64,000 nucleotides of DNA from Rhodosorus marinus CCMP1338 (taxonomy: Eukaryota > Plantae > Rhodophyta). The notes under the pieces were generated by a model. That model saw only the letters and a list, made by a program, of their open reading frames with translations. It did no database searches and was not told the origin of the DNA. How positions within the stretch are numbered: position 1 is the stretch's first letter; the number at the start of each line of letters is the position of its first letter. This document shows positions 25,554 to 38,800 of the stretch, one piece after another. Location of the stretch: contig JAMWBK010000002.1 in assembly GCA_029953675.1 (NCBI GenBank), forward strand, positions 1,240,001 through 1,304,000. Reading direction: 5' to 3'. A program made the position numbers and the translations under genes.

Positions 25554-28500
25554 TCATACTTTTCCTGTAAACCTCGACGTGCTGTTGTAATCGTCGTACA
25601 GCTCCCTTAAGGACCGTTTCCGAGTAACCGATAGAGTTGAGTTCATGGTTTCCATATCAGCCTCGGTGCAGTCCCTCAGTACGGCCAAGATGCCAGGCAT
25701 TAGCGCTTTCCGAATCCTGTTGGACGTGCTCATGATGCAACCGTAAGAAAGTCGCCGCGGGTCTGTTCGAACTGCAGCTATGTACTTACAGTATTGTGTT
25801 GTAAACAGACGATTCGAGGAAGGCGTTCAGCAACGGGCCAAAATACTTTCTGATAGCTCCCGTTGACGATGGAGATTTACAAAACCGCTCGAGAGCCTTG
25901 GAAACGTCCAGCGCCAGCAACTCTCCAGCCGTCGGGGTCATCGAGATTAAATACAAGAAGAGTTCAAGAAACTCTGGATAAAGAGATCTGCACTGCACCG
26001 GGCGATGTTCCAGTAACGCCCCAAGTAGCTGCAGCACAGGAGCGTAGTTGACTACAGCTTTAGAGTGCTCATGAATTCCTATTCTTCCGTTCGCTACATG
26101 AACGAAATTTTTGGGGAGGCTTACTTTGCAAGCGAGTGAGGGTACTCGATTCGAATCCTGCTGCTGCATCAACCGAAGACATGATAACATATGCGTGACG
26201 TCTCTCGTCTGGACTGTGAAGAGGTCCTCTTTCTCTACTACAACGATTGTCGCTTCCAAAACCTCAGTCAGCAGCAAATAATCCGACGTCGTTTCTGGGT
26301 TTTCCAACTGCATGCTCTCTAATGTCAAAATCGCTTGTGCGCAGAGGTGAGCACCATGGACGCGTAGGAAACGACGTTTACCACCGCCAATGCCCTGTGC
26401 GCATAGCTCATATCAGGCATCCGGACAGCAAGAAATAGAGTACCAAACAATTTCTCATACCTTTCGTGAGCATTGGAGTAGGTTCGACGCTGCAAGCACG
26501 GCGCATTTCCTCCGGACCGACTCAGCAGACCTGAGGTCAACTTCAATCGCAAATACGAGAGCTCTCAGGGCTTGCCGGGACGATCCGCTCAATGCGAACT
26601 CAGTATGGCATTTCTTCGCGGCCCTGAGCTCAGCATCACTCTGTCAAGTTTTGATCAACATCGAATTGATGAGGGGAACCACAAAGGACGGTGGAGCGCT
26701 TAGAATATACCAAAACGGCAAAGATTGAGAACTGTGATTGCACACCTTTGCATCGAGACAGAATAGCAGGAGAGAAATGAGCTTCACAGTTCCGCTTCCA
26801 TTGAGAAAGTGCTTTCGTGAAGAGACGACGCTGAGTAGTTCAAAGGCTTTAAGCGGTCGGCTTTTGGAATTATTTCCAATGTAACGGCCGCACAATTGAA
26901 GGGCAGAGGATGCAACTGCAACAAGCACGTCGTGCATCACTTCAACTTCTTCGAGCAATTGCCAACAGTTCAGCAGTAAGAGCGCAAGCTCCGCTGGCCG
27001 GTCCAACAATTCGGCATCTCCAGGCCCCTCTACGGCCACAAGCTCGAGGTGCATAGCCGCTGCTTGTCTAAGGAAACGGATTAAGACCTAAGGCATCAAC
27101 TAATGTCAGACCCTTGAACTGCACACGGCTAAGCGATCGGGATTTGAGAAAGCTCACTGGTTGAAATGGATCCTTGAGAACGCTCAACTCGGAAATCGCA
27201 GAAAGGGCTGCGGATGTGAACGTGAAGGACTGCAAACTCGTTGTTGCGAAGTCTTCGAATATTTCAATCTGCTCTTCTCGGGTCAAAAGGTCCTTGAGAA
27301 GTGCAGTAACAATTGTACTTCTGCTTTGGACTTAACAGCGAGTAACATGATGAAGATTTAGCAGGCGAAACTTGAGCAACACAGCACAAAAGGACCAAAG
27401 CGGTAATAGCATGGACTCACTGTGGGTGTACTGATCCTCAGGACTGAACAGTATTGCTCGAAAGTCTACACTCATCTGTTGGACGCGATGGAGAAAAGTT
27501 CGTGAGCATGACAGAAACTACAGTCCGACGCGAGGGGGTCGCTTACATTTTCAAGGAGACCAGAAGGATTATTTCGGGCGGCCACGGATAGAAACTTGAA
27601 GCATGCGCTCAGCAGAACACCCTCTTCAGTCCCTTTTGCTTCAGAAAATGTTGTCATTACTGCAGCTGTGCACATACTCCACGAATCGGAGCTCTCGCCA
27701 ATCGGCAAAAGGCAGAAAAGCTATAGAAATGCCGGTCTTAGGGTTCGCGCTCCGCATATTCAGAAGGATCCTAGACTTGTACCTACCTCCAAAAGACGAG
27801 CCCTCAACTTAGTTGAAACTCGTTGTATAGCGACTGGAACGAAGTCCATATCCTCCGATATGGGTTCTTGTTGTCCTTTGCTGGTGTCACATACAAGCGC
27901 GACAAATGCCTGCGACAAAACCGTTGGACTGCCTACGGGGAAAGTCAGCAGGTAGTAGTACATTTTGATTCAGCGGAACAAAGCGATTCTATGCCTTTGC
28001 ATCCTTACTAGCCATTTCGCAGAAGCGGTTGTCAACTGCAATAAGGTCTCCACCCCATGAGGAGCCACTGGCTACCGCGAAGAAGACTGCAGCCGCGTAG
28101 TCAACAAGGAGCTTGCGGATCGAGTCTTTCTCCTTTCGCCTCTTTGGAGAAGCCCAGGAAGCGCTCTGGCTGCTCAGAATAATCAACTGAAAGCCAAAGT
28201 CGAGAAGCTTCGCATAGTCTGCAGTCTCTGTTTTGTGAGTGCGACAATCAATCTACCTCATCAGCTCACAACCTAGGCACCTTTCCGTGTAGGCCAACAT
28301 TGTAGGGACGCTACCTTTCTTGGAGAGGGCATCTGCTAGTGCCTTCACAATTGCTTTCATTCCGTGCTTGATCATAGCGTTTCGGTGAGAAATTCGACGC
28401 TTCGACGGGGTTTTCGCCAAGTAGACTTTCGCTCTGAGTACATACAAGGAGCTCTGCAATTTTGGATTACTTTTGTCCAGTAGTTTCTACAAAATCGTGA

Positions 28501-30847
28501 ATAAGCACATGACCAACTCCGTCAGTCGCCGCGTAACCCTCGAAAACAAAGCTTGTTGAGGTAACTGTTAAACTGCTCACACACAGCTGTCGCGCTTGAA
28601 GAGCAACTTCAAGCGCTGACGATAAACACTTCTTGTCCAGCGTATGACTGTAGCAATTGAGCATCGTCTCACCCAGCTCATTTCCTAACTCAGCAATCTG
28701 CGAAGAAGATGAACTAGCAGCGCACGAAGAAGAGCAGACAAGCGATTGAGACAAAACGGGTTCCACTCAAAAGGCTAATTGCGCTCTATTACCTCAAACG
28801 ATCCGCTGTTGCATCCAGCAGCTTGGTCTGAACTTGGAGAGCGCTCTTGTATGCAATAACAGCTCCAACTTTCGTCATCGGCCTCTGCCGCCAAGCTCGA
28901 AAGACAGTTCCAAGGAGGAAACACGTAAGCGGACGACTGTTCAAAAGTCGACCGGGCCAACGGCACATACAATGGTAAAACATAAATAAGATAATTTAAG
29001 CCGACGAAGCCGTTGTCTAGAGTGGATCTGCCCTCCGCTTGAACCCAACATACCCGTCATCACTTCGTTTCGCAGTGGTTAGCGTATTGGTACACAAGTT
29101 CAATTGCGGTTCCGGCGCAGCAATGAGCTGTTGCTCTACAGCTTGGGACACCTTTTCAGAATTAGTCAGGAACCTCGTACTATGAGTTTCTACTCTTTCA
29201 CACATCTCGAAGAAATCAATGACCTGCGGAAAAGTGGAATGTCAGAATGACATGTAGTTGGCTCTGCTGCTGACGTCGGTGGTGGGTACGTACTCTACGT
29301 CGTTTTCCAAGCGCCGCAACGATCTGACAAGTAAGCTCTGTGATATCTTCAACATTTTCGCCGCGTCTAGAAGGGGAGGATTTGTGGAAAACCAGCATTA
29401 GCGTCAGCTCCGGAAAATTATGCATTCTGTCCTACTTACCGCGCACAATCCAGTATTGCTTGAAAAAGACCCTCCACATCATCTTCAATGACCTCAAAAA
29501 AATCTTCTACAGCTTTCTGAAGGATTTGAATGAATCCTCGGTTTGCCAAGTTCTTCTCCGCTGCCTTGAATAAATTGGAAAGCAGAGAACGGATCTCAAG
29601 CATGTCTGTCATGTGCTGAGCATGGACATATATCTTCTCCGAAATTGCGTAGGTCAACAAAGATTCTATTGCCCTGTGCAAGCAAATGACTGTTTAGCGA
29701 GAACTGATGTTGTGGAACTTTTCCGATAAAGCCGACTTACTCCAGTGGCAGGGTAGTAGTCGAGCTCTCAAGCTGGTCCAATAATGTGGTCAGCATTTTC
29801 TTGAAAAATGAAAGGACGAGTAAGTTTTCCGAGTGCTTCACCACCAATGCTGCCCCGCGTTTCATCTTCCGAGATCTGGTGGCACTGGGCATCAGCGCCC
29901 TATCTGGAAGAGGTTAGCAAGTTTGAAGATTTAGGAAAACATTCGAAAGCACAACATGTAAGATCTAATAGGCGGAAATTTTTACCTTTGACACTCTCTG
30001 TGAACTGCTGAAGAATTAGCCTCGATGCGAAAGCCAGCTCTGTCTGATCCTCAATGGCGGCAACCACGTCGAAAACGCCGTGAACGTAGCTTCCTTCTAT
30101 GAGGATGTCTGTCAGACGCGTACTAGCAAACAGGGTCTCCCTGACTAGCGACTTCAGCGAGCGGCATGCTGATACCTCCCATGAGCTATCGATTCCCTTC
30201 AGCGCGCAGAGTGCCCTAATGGCCTTTGAAAGAACCTTGCTGCATACTAGTTGGAAGCATTTCTTTACGCTGCTGTCCGAAATTCGCGATTTCCTGCACG
30301 TCTCACTCAGTTTGAGGATAACCCGCTTGAAGTCTTCACCAATCCCAAGCAAACGTTCGGTATTGCGAGTGTATCCATCGTACAAATCGTCAAGAGACGC
30401 GCCAAGCAGCTCTACCAGAGCATCGAACGAAAATGGGTTGTTCAGAAGCGATCCGTTGTATGGTGTTCCAACTAGATCTAGAATTTGATACACCGTTCCC
30501 AAGGCTACCACACGAGTACTCTCCTCAACCACGGCTTTCTTCAATGTCTGAATCACTTGGTTTGGAAGCTGAGCTACCAGATGAGGGTACTCAGTGAGAG
30601 TCCTTCCCAAAAGCTCCCAGTAAGTGGTTTTTACTTCCCGGTCCAAAATTTCCCCTGTGGATCCTGAAGTTTGTGTCAGCCGATAGCAAAGATGCCGCAA
30701 AACCAGCTCCTCAGATCGGATAACCGGGGGAGAGCGGCGATCTGCCGGAGCCAAAAGCCTTTGTATCAAGCCCCTCTTGTCTCCATCAGCTACGGTTGGG
30801 TCCGAGAGCTGTCGAAGAGCCCCCTCACAGCTCAGCGGGTCTGCCAT
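25554..30847 (-). CDS. URB2: Large helical nucleolar pre-ribosome-associated protein, Urb2/Npa2 family (many exons)
   Basis: A chain of Leu-rich exons runs from ATG 30847. The C-terminus IRKALMPGILAVLRDCTEADMETMNSTLSVTRKRSLRELYDDYNSTSRFTGKV* matches the Urb2 C-terminal signature (L.PGi.alld.c...l.....a.l....r..fk.Ly.dY....k..G). Confidence 0.75.
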
Positions 30848-31026
30848 TTAAACGAGGTTCTTCCTACTGCATTGTCTGAAGAACCATCTCCTTTATCGTC
30901 TTCAAACAGATCACATGACTCAAGAGAAATCTGATCCAGACGTTCAACTCGTCAACAAGACTCCCATCCCTCTAACACCTTAAGCACTTGTAGCCGCGCT
31001 CATGAACGACACGTGAAGACAGTCAA

Positions 31027-31354
31027 TAACATTGGCTGAAGACGATTTGGCCAAGAACCCGGGACGGAATGGCAACGTAACATTGGCCGCTCTCGGAGAG
31101 GTCGTGGGTAACATTGGCCAGGGCAGTTGGCCAGGAAATTGCGGAATGAGCGCGAGCTAGTGCGATTTTGGCCGGCGTGGATGCTAAGCAACATCGGCGG
31201 GCTCAGTCGGCAAACAAACGAGTTGGAATGGCAAGGTACAGTTGGTTTCCATTGTTGGCCGTAGTGGAAGTGGTGTGTAGCATTGAACAGCTCGCATGGC
31301 CAAGAAAACCTCTTGGAAATAGCATGAGAACGATTACTTGCTCCGGCTTTGGCC
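31027..31354. repeat. Cluster of TAACATTGGC / TTGGC motifs upstream of URB2
   Basis: The exact 10-mer TAACATTGGC occurs at 31027, 31078 and 31109. TTGGCC also occurs at 31047, 31127, 31168, 31255 and 31349. Confidence 0.6.
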
Positions 31355-32595
31355 CCAAACGATTTGGAGCACTGGCTGGCTCATTTTGGACCGGAAAGCT
31401 GGCTGGAAACCCTGCTAGTATTTCCCGGTTCAACCGTTGGGCACGGTGAAAGCAATCTCAGTAGATACTGGATATACTAGAGTGACCAGCCCCGTATACT
31501 ACTGGAGGCTCCTGGACTGAGTACGAGAACCATAGCCGGCTTCATCTTTTCCGAGAAATTCTTTTGAGTTAGCTTGACAAAATCGGAAAAGTGAAAGATG
31601 AGAGAGCCAGTGGTGGATCGAAATTGTATTAGTTCATCAAGATAATTCTGTGTTTTGTAGACGTCACGAATTCAGCGGAGCTCGATTGTACTCGCCTAGA
31701 CTGATAAAACGTTCCACGAGTTCGCCGTGTACTACGCGTCACCGGGGTTGGGACACAGAACCTCCTTTTCTGCTTAACCTAGCTAGAAATGGTGAATCCT
31801 ATTTGATCTATCGACACTGCCCATCCTCTTAGCTGGCACGTGAGACGAGCGGGCGGCTAAAGGGACGGGATCGGATCAGCTGAGAGACCTCCACCGCGAC
31901 TAGGTGGTCGCAAATCTCCGCGAGATACAACTGACCACTACTCTGGTCCTCTAAGATACCTCGGAACAGAGACCTTTTTTCGAGTCGATTTGGGCTGGGG
32001 CATCTGGTATGAATCATGAGAACGTAGTGGGAACAGTACGTTCAGCAAGAACGCTTCCGAGGTCAAAGCGGAAGTTTTTCACCCCGAGTTAGGAACAGAG
32101 TCTTTGTCTCTAAAAAGTCCGCCGTGACCTGTAGGAAACGATGGAGGATTTTCTTGAGAAAAGCTACCATTCGATAGGGCGCGGGACGGTCCGGGATTGC
32201 TGAGAGTGCAATTGGGGCCTAACATGTTGGTGGGATTCGTGAATGGGCCTTCGGAACTCCTCAAACAAAGTTTCGGGATGGACCAGAGGAGTCTGTAAAT
32301 CTTGTTCAAAACGGGTCTTTTAATCCATCACGTAGTTGTCCAGCTAAGGTATGCGTTTCCGAGGGCCTTTTGTGGGTTCGCCTCGAAAGCAAGATCATCG
32401 AACACCGCGAGGTTTCCTAAATACAAGTATCCGGATGGACCTAACGGTTTTGAAAGATAGACATCTAACTCTCTGAAGCAAGCGAAAGGCTCAAAATTTC
32501 GCAGTCGAGAATGGTTTTCGCAACGGTCCATCGCCTAATCTCAACATGATTTCCACGCCCCGAGCCACTGCTGACAGTAGAATTATGTCTAGTGA

Positions 32596-33254
32596 TTGCA
32601 TAACACGTGTCCAACTGTTGCGACTGGACGTCAACTTGTATTTTTTAATCTAATTATTGCAGCCCCCAACTTCATTCAAATTTCATTCGATGTTCCAGGC
32701 TCCATTCGGAGCCTTAGCGGGGGTGAGTTTGGGTATGCATTCGAAAACAAACTCAACTTTGTCGAGCAGACGACCCAGAACCTGGATACTGGGATGAAGA
32801 AGGAAGTACAGGTGAACAAGTTTGGACTAGTCACGGTTGGATCATACACAACCGTTGTCACGAAACCTCACCTTTGTGGGCACGAAAAAAGGCTCTTAAG
32901 CTTTACCCCATCCCGGGTGGTATTGAGCAGCAGACACTTTCGCAGTCAACGAATGTTGAAGAGGCTATGGCAGCTCTCACGGGCTCCCTGGAAACAAACG
33001 AAGTCGTGTTGAAGGCGTTCATTCTCACCGCGGACGGTATGCCGAGAGGGCGGGGACATATCCTTCACGGAGTCGTTGCGAATGCCGAGGAGATGAGGGA
33101 TAACGGCATATCGATTTTCACTGTTGGAGCTGCAAACGATGAATCTCCACCATTTGTAAACGCGATCTCAAGCACGAACCTGTTTCTTCCAAGCAGCAGC
33201 ATCGAGAAGTGCACGGACGCCGTAGATGATGTATTTTGCCAATGTCGGTGGTGA
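32596..33254 (+). pseudogene. Frameshifted von Willebrand factor A (vWA) domain gene
   Basis: ISFDVPGSI (degraded DxSxS), FGLVTVG, then a frame switch near 32875 with no intron signal to STNVEEAM, FILTADGMP, AEEMRDNGISIFTVGA. Confidence 0.7.
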
Positions 33255-33935
33255 AATCTAATCGTCAACAAGTCCACGTGAACGTGCAAGCTGTCAACCT
33301 AAGGGTGTTTTCATCTACTCTTTCACGAAGATCACTTCGGATCGCCTGGAGCGGGGACTCATCCACTCGGTACAGTGCGATCGGAATTCGTAGGTCTCTA
33401 CGTTGGGTGATCTTCTCAATATACCCACCCACGTTCTCTTTAGACTCACTCCAGTTGGAAATAGTGGAGCTTCTGGGAACCTCTACGGTTTGGAGACTCG
33501 ACCACGCCTCCGGTGTCCATCTGGCAAAAGAAGATACAAATTGACTCCACTGCACGAAAGTTAATAAGCAATAAAAGTGAGTGCGGACGGCCTATTAAAC
33601 TGAATCGACCGCGAATCTCAGGAACTGGACGGCTGCCACCCAATTCTTCACAGACGAGCAGGGCTATCATGACACTTTGTCGAGAAGTCGCGACTAGGGG
33701 ACAGAAGCTGCGATTACGCCTACTAGTGCCGACTAGAAACAGATCATGGTTGCGAAACTGATTGTTTGGGTTTGACTAAAAAGTTTTGGACTCTAGAAAT
33801 CCGCGGGTGTAGCTAGAAAGCAGCTTCAAGTCTCATCTTCTCGGGATCACTCTATAGCGACGATGTTTCAGTTTATTCCCTCGTACAGACTTCGTTCACG
33901 ATGATGTGGAAACTTTGTAAACAAAATTACCAAAA

Positions 33936-33969
33936 TTCGGGTTTTGGGGGTATATTCCCAAAACCCGAA
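33936..33969. repeat. 13-bp perfect inverted repeat
   Basis: TTCGGGTTTTGGG (33936-33948) and CCCAAAACCCGAA (33957-33969), with an 8-nt loop. Confidence 0.8.
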
Positions 33970-35830
33970 AACAAAAACTGTTGATAGTTGCCTTGACGGC
34001 CTCTTGCCTAAAGATCAGGTGTGGCATTAGTTCTATCACGAGTAGCAACTTTGATGCATCTAAGTTCTGGACGCTCTCGCCACAAATATTTTTCTAAAGC
34101 GGTTAAAATGTTTTGTTCGTGGCATGTCTTTCACATTTTCCGCGTTTTGCTCAGAATTCGTACTCCTTATGATGTGGAGCACCGGTTCTACTGCTCCCGA
34201 CGAACACCCACCAATCTCTCCAAAGCTTCCCACCTGTCCCATTCTCCTCAAAATTGCCCAAAACCAAAAACAAAAAAAGTTCTCCAAAAAGAAGAAGAAA
34301 CTCCGCCAGATTTCAGTCCCTTGAAAAACATTTTATAAACGACAAAAATCGTTAGCTTCATTAACAAATCCTTCACAAATTTTATAACAAAATGTTTTCT
34401 TTTTTTTCCAAGTTACTTTGATTTCATTAATTTTGCTAACGCTGAGTCCCAAATGGTTGGATACTTTCATCCAGTAGCCATCTGTTTTCTAAATAATCCA
34501 ATTCTATTGGTTTTAAAAAAATATTATATATATATTTTTCATCATTTATAGCTCGATGACCTTCCCCTTTTACGACGTTCCCTTCTGATCCACTGTGATA
34601 ATTGGACGACGATCAATCGCATCGCTTGCACATGTAATCAAAAAGAGAGAATTTGGCTGGCTTGTTTTTTTGTAAGGAAAGGGTTTCTGCTATGAATTTT
34701 GCGCCGCATGTAACATTGGATCTCTCCAAAATAGGTTCGGTTGGCGGGAGAGAATTAATCATTTCATGGAATTCAGGGTTTTCTCAGGTGCACGGAGTTG
34801 TAAAAAGAAAAGAAAAAGAGGAAGTGGTCGAGAGGGGGGAGGGGGGGATAGTTTTGAACGACGTTGTACCGAAAACAAAGTCCACGACCCAGGCGTCTGT
34901 TTTGGAGGTTGAACAAAGTGTTTTTCATCTATAAGTAAAAAGTTTGCTCTACAATAACCTTCACCCAAAGTATGGATGGGGGGGTAATTTCTGATAAGAA
35001 TGTGGACAGTGAGGAAAACGGGAAGAACGGAGGGGGGGGAGGAACACGAGGAAAATGCATTAAAGATAATTATGAGTTAAAATATATATCATATTCTTCT
35101 GACTGACAAAGTGGAGAGAAAAGTAGTTAGTTTTATATTGATAAACTTTTGTTGAAGCGAGAAGCGAAAAAAGAGGAAAAAAATTTTAAAATTTTTTGTT
35201 GGGGGGATAGAGAGTGGGTCGTTGGCAGATTTTTTTTTTTTGCAAGAGGAACAACGAGAGCGGAGAGGGGTAGGGGTGGGAAATTGTGGTTTGGCACTCA
35301 GGTTGGAAATTGCGGATTGTGTACCCCGTCTCTTCACAATCTTGCGTAGAGCCAAAGAGTTTGTAAGGGGGTCTTATATTTTGATCACCCTGTACCTTCA
35401 TTTCGATCGATTTTTATGCACATTTCTTGCTTAGGAGAATATTCAAGTGAAAGCCTAGGCATGGATTGGTGAGCGAGTAAGTACGGCCCTGATCCAAAAT
35501 GGGGTTAAGGTGCGGTGAGGGTGTGTTTTTAATAGTGTCCAGGGGTTTTTGTAGGATTGAGGGTGGATCAGTAGTACTGAGCTGTCCCAGCAAATCCTCG
35601 TTTCATGTTTCGTGGCGTTCAACAAATCTACTACGGCCTTGGATATATAGATCATCTTCGCTTCAGCTATTTGCGAAGGAGGGCAGGGAGATGGGGTAAG
35701 GGCTGTTCGACTGAGGGCGTGGGAGACCGGTGTTTGTGTTTTTGTTGGAAGGGTTTTGTATCCTTCTGACTGCACATAGCGTGGAGAAGTTGTTTTGAAC
35801 ACGGTTCTCTGTGTAGCTCAGATCTCAATA

Positions 35831-38800
35831 ATGAAGTTGCTCTACGTGGTTGGAGCCCTGCTTGTGCTGGTGTTGAACAACGCACGCGGCCAGGTCATCG
35901 ATCGTGACAATATCTTGCATGAGCTTGTCATTGAGGGAGAAGGTTTCCGGTCGCCGTTGGATTTCGACTGGATCCCGGGAAATGTGGAGCGAATCATTAT
36001 CTGTGAGAAACGAGGACTTATTCACCTGGCAGTGAATGGAGTGCTACAGTCCAAGCCTTTCTTAGATATTCAGAATAAGGTTATGTCCGATTCTGGTAGA
36101 GGGCTGATGGCATGCCTCATTGATGTCGACTTCAAGAAGCAACCCTATCTTTATGTATCCTACACGGACAGTCGAATTTCAGACAACCCGAACGGCCCTC
36201 AAACTGGTATTGTATCTCGATTCAAGGTTAACGCGCAAATTACTGGGGCGAGCGGAGAGGTTGTTATAGCGGGAAAGTCAACGACTGGGAAGAACGGCTG
36301 CGGTGGAAAGGAGAGCATCGGAAAGAAGGACATTATTTGCAACGATGCGAACATGCACAATCATGGAGGGCTCACGATGAATCCCCAGGGCGAGCTGTTC
36401 GTTGGACTTGGAGATGGAGCTGACCCACCGGTTTTCGACGACCTGCCCATCCGTGCAGTGGACTTGGACTGGACAGTTGGCAAAGTCCTCTGCATTCAAC
36501 GAAATGGGAACGCGTGCAAGGGGAACCCGTTCCAGAAGGGCAACGATTTCAAATCTAACCGTGCTAAGGTGTGGAATTCGGGGCTCCGAAACCCGTTTAG
36601 GGTAAATTGGGATCCCGTCTTGAAGATACCGCTCATCGCACACGTTGGTTTCGCAAGTTTCGAGAGCATCTTCGCCGGCACTAAGGGTAAGAACTTCGGT
36701 TGGCCTTGCCTGGAGGGACCAAAGACAAATATCAAGGCGAACAAATACGATGAGTGTAAAGACATTGCCAAGGGAAAAACAAAGGCCGGCGGGGGTTCGC
36801 TCTGGGACTATGACCACGATTTGGGAACATCCGTTACGGGCGTTGCTCGCTTGAGTTCGAACAAATGGCCAAACTCTCTCAAGAACATGATCGCAGTGTG
36901 TGACTACACAAAGAGTTGGATCAAGCTCATTAAGACAAACAAGAATGGTATTCAAGGAAAGCCAGAGGATTTGATGTCTGATGTACTGGGACCAGTACAG
37001 CTGAAGCAGGGACCGGATGGTCATCTCTATTACATTTCAATCATTGCTCAGAAGATATTCCGGATCAGGTATCAGCTTGACAAGAGTAGACCAGTGGTTT
37101 CCAGAGTTTCTCCACCACAGAAGGCCACCAACGTAGAGACAACGGTCCGGGTTGGAATTACTTTCTCGAAGAAGATCAAAACCAACAGCATTAATGCCAA
37201 GAACATCAAACTTCAGCAGTCGAACAACAAGAAAGTCGTAAACGCAAAGCTAGACTGGGAGGCCGGGACGAACACCGTCTACGTGGAGCCTCGGAGCCCA
37301 TTGAACAAGAACGCGCCCTACGTGATTCTCGTCTCCGGAATTGTTGACACCCAAGGGAGAAAGATGAGAGGAAGTTTCAAATCGCCCTTCAAAACGGGAG
37401 AAGGATTTTCACTCTATATTTCTGATCTCAAGTTTCAGAAGGCTACCAACGGTATCAAAGCACCTGTGCTTCGGGACAAACAGCAGTTCCAACCAGCGCA
37501 GAACGTCATTCCACCATTGTCCCTTCGAGGAGAAACTTACCGCAAAGGTCTGGGCACTGTTGCCGAGTCAGTGGTTACGGTGAAGTTGCCCGCTGGCTGC
37601 AAGAGATTCCAATCCTATGTGGGAGTGGATGATTTCAGGAGAAACTTTGATTCTGGAGAAATGATCTTTACAGTCGAGGGAAAAGGTAAAAAGGGAACCG
37701 AAAGGCTCTACAGAAACAATGAGGTTGTTACAAAGACGGATCCAGCGCTTTACATTGACGTCGATGTTAGCGGGTTTGAGACGGTAAGCTTCATCTCGGG
37801 CAAGACGAAGAAGGGCGGAGCTGCGTCAGCTGTGGGAACTTGGGGGGATGCACAATTCCGGTGCGGATCGTACGATAAGGCCGAGCCGAAAGTTGTCAAG
37901 ATTACGCCCGCATCTAGTGTTGGAGTCAACCAGGAGATCATTGTCCTGTTCAGCGAGCCTATGGAGATTCAGAGTACTATTGAGGCAACGACGCTTCATC
38001 TTCCGGTCGAGAGCGGTGGTTATGGCTACGACCTTGGAGTGCAGATTGAATTCAATAACAAGCAAACTTTCATGACTGTCAAGCCGAGCATGCCGCTCAA
38101 CTTTGATACTGAGTACGTGCTAAGCATTGGCAAGGGTGCTACCGATCTTTCGGGAAATTCCCTGAAATCGAATACGGAAAAGAAGATCAGGACCAGAAAG
38201 GAGGGCACATCTGGGCAAAAGATCGGACTCACAGAGCTGAAAGCTAAGAATGTGAAACCTCCGAGGAACTTCTCGAAAGGAGCGAAAGATACTGTCGAAC
38301 TGCAACCGAATGTCGCTGTGGACTACCTTGTTCCTGGAAACTGTGGATCGTTCTCTTTCGATATGAGTGCTAAACAAGGTGGGCAAAACATGCGGCTGAG
38401 CGTGTCCGCGGACGGGAAGGTACTCTGCGGGTCTGGCCCTGTTAACGCAGGCCAGACCAAGAGGGTTAAGTGCGACGTACTTGGCCAAAACGACGTCACT
38501 CTTAGGCTAACGGGGAACGGAGGCGTTGCAGTTTTATCCAACGCTGAGTTCAACTGCGCGCAAGGTGCGAGGCTGCCCAGATGTGAATTCGGGAAGTTGC
38601 CGAACAAGTTTGTTGTTGGGCAGAGGATTTGCTACAGTGCGACGTGCTACGACTTCAAGGGAAACCAGATTCCTAAGAACAAGATGCTCTTCCTTACGCA
38701 GCTTGTCCATTGCCAGAAGGACTGCCACTTCCACGAGGAGCAAACTGTTGAGAATGCAACGGGTGGATGCTACAAGGCTCCTGATCATGGGGACTATTAC

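Noticed and set aside
31800-32560. Interrupted minus-strand frames with faint retroelement-like words
   Set aside because: No diagnostic RT, integrase or RNase H motif could be aligned.
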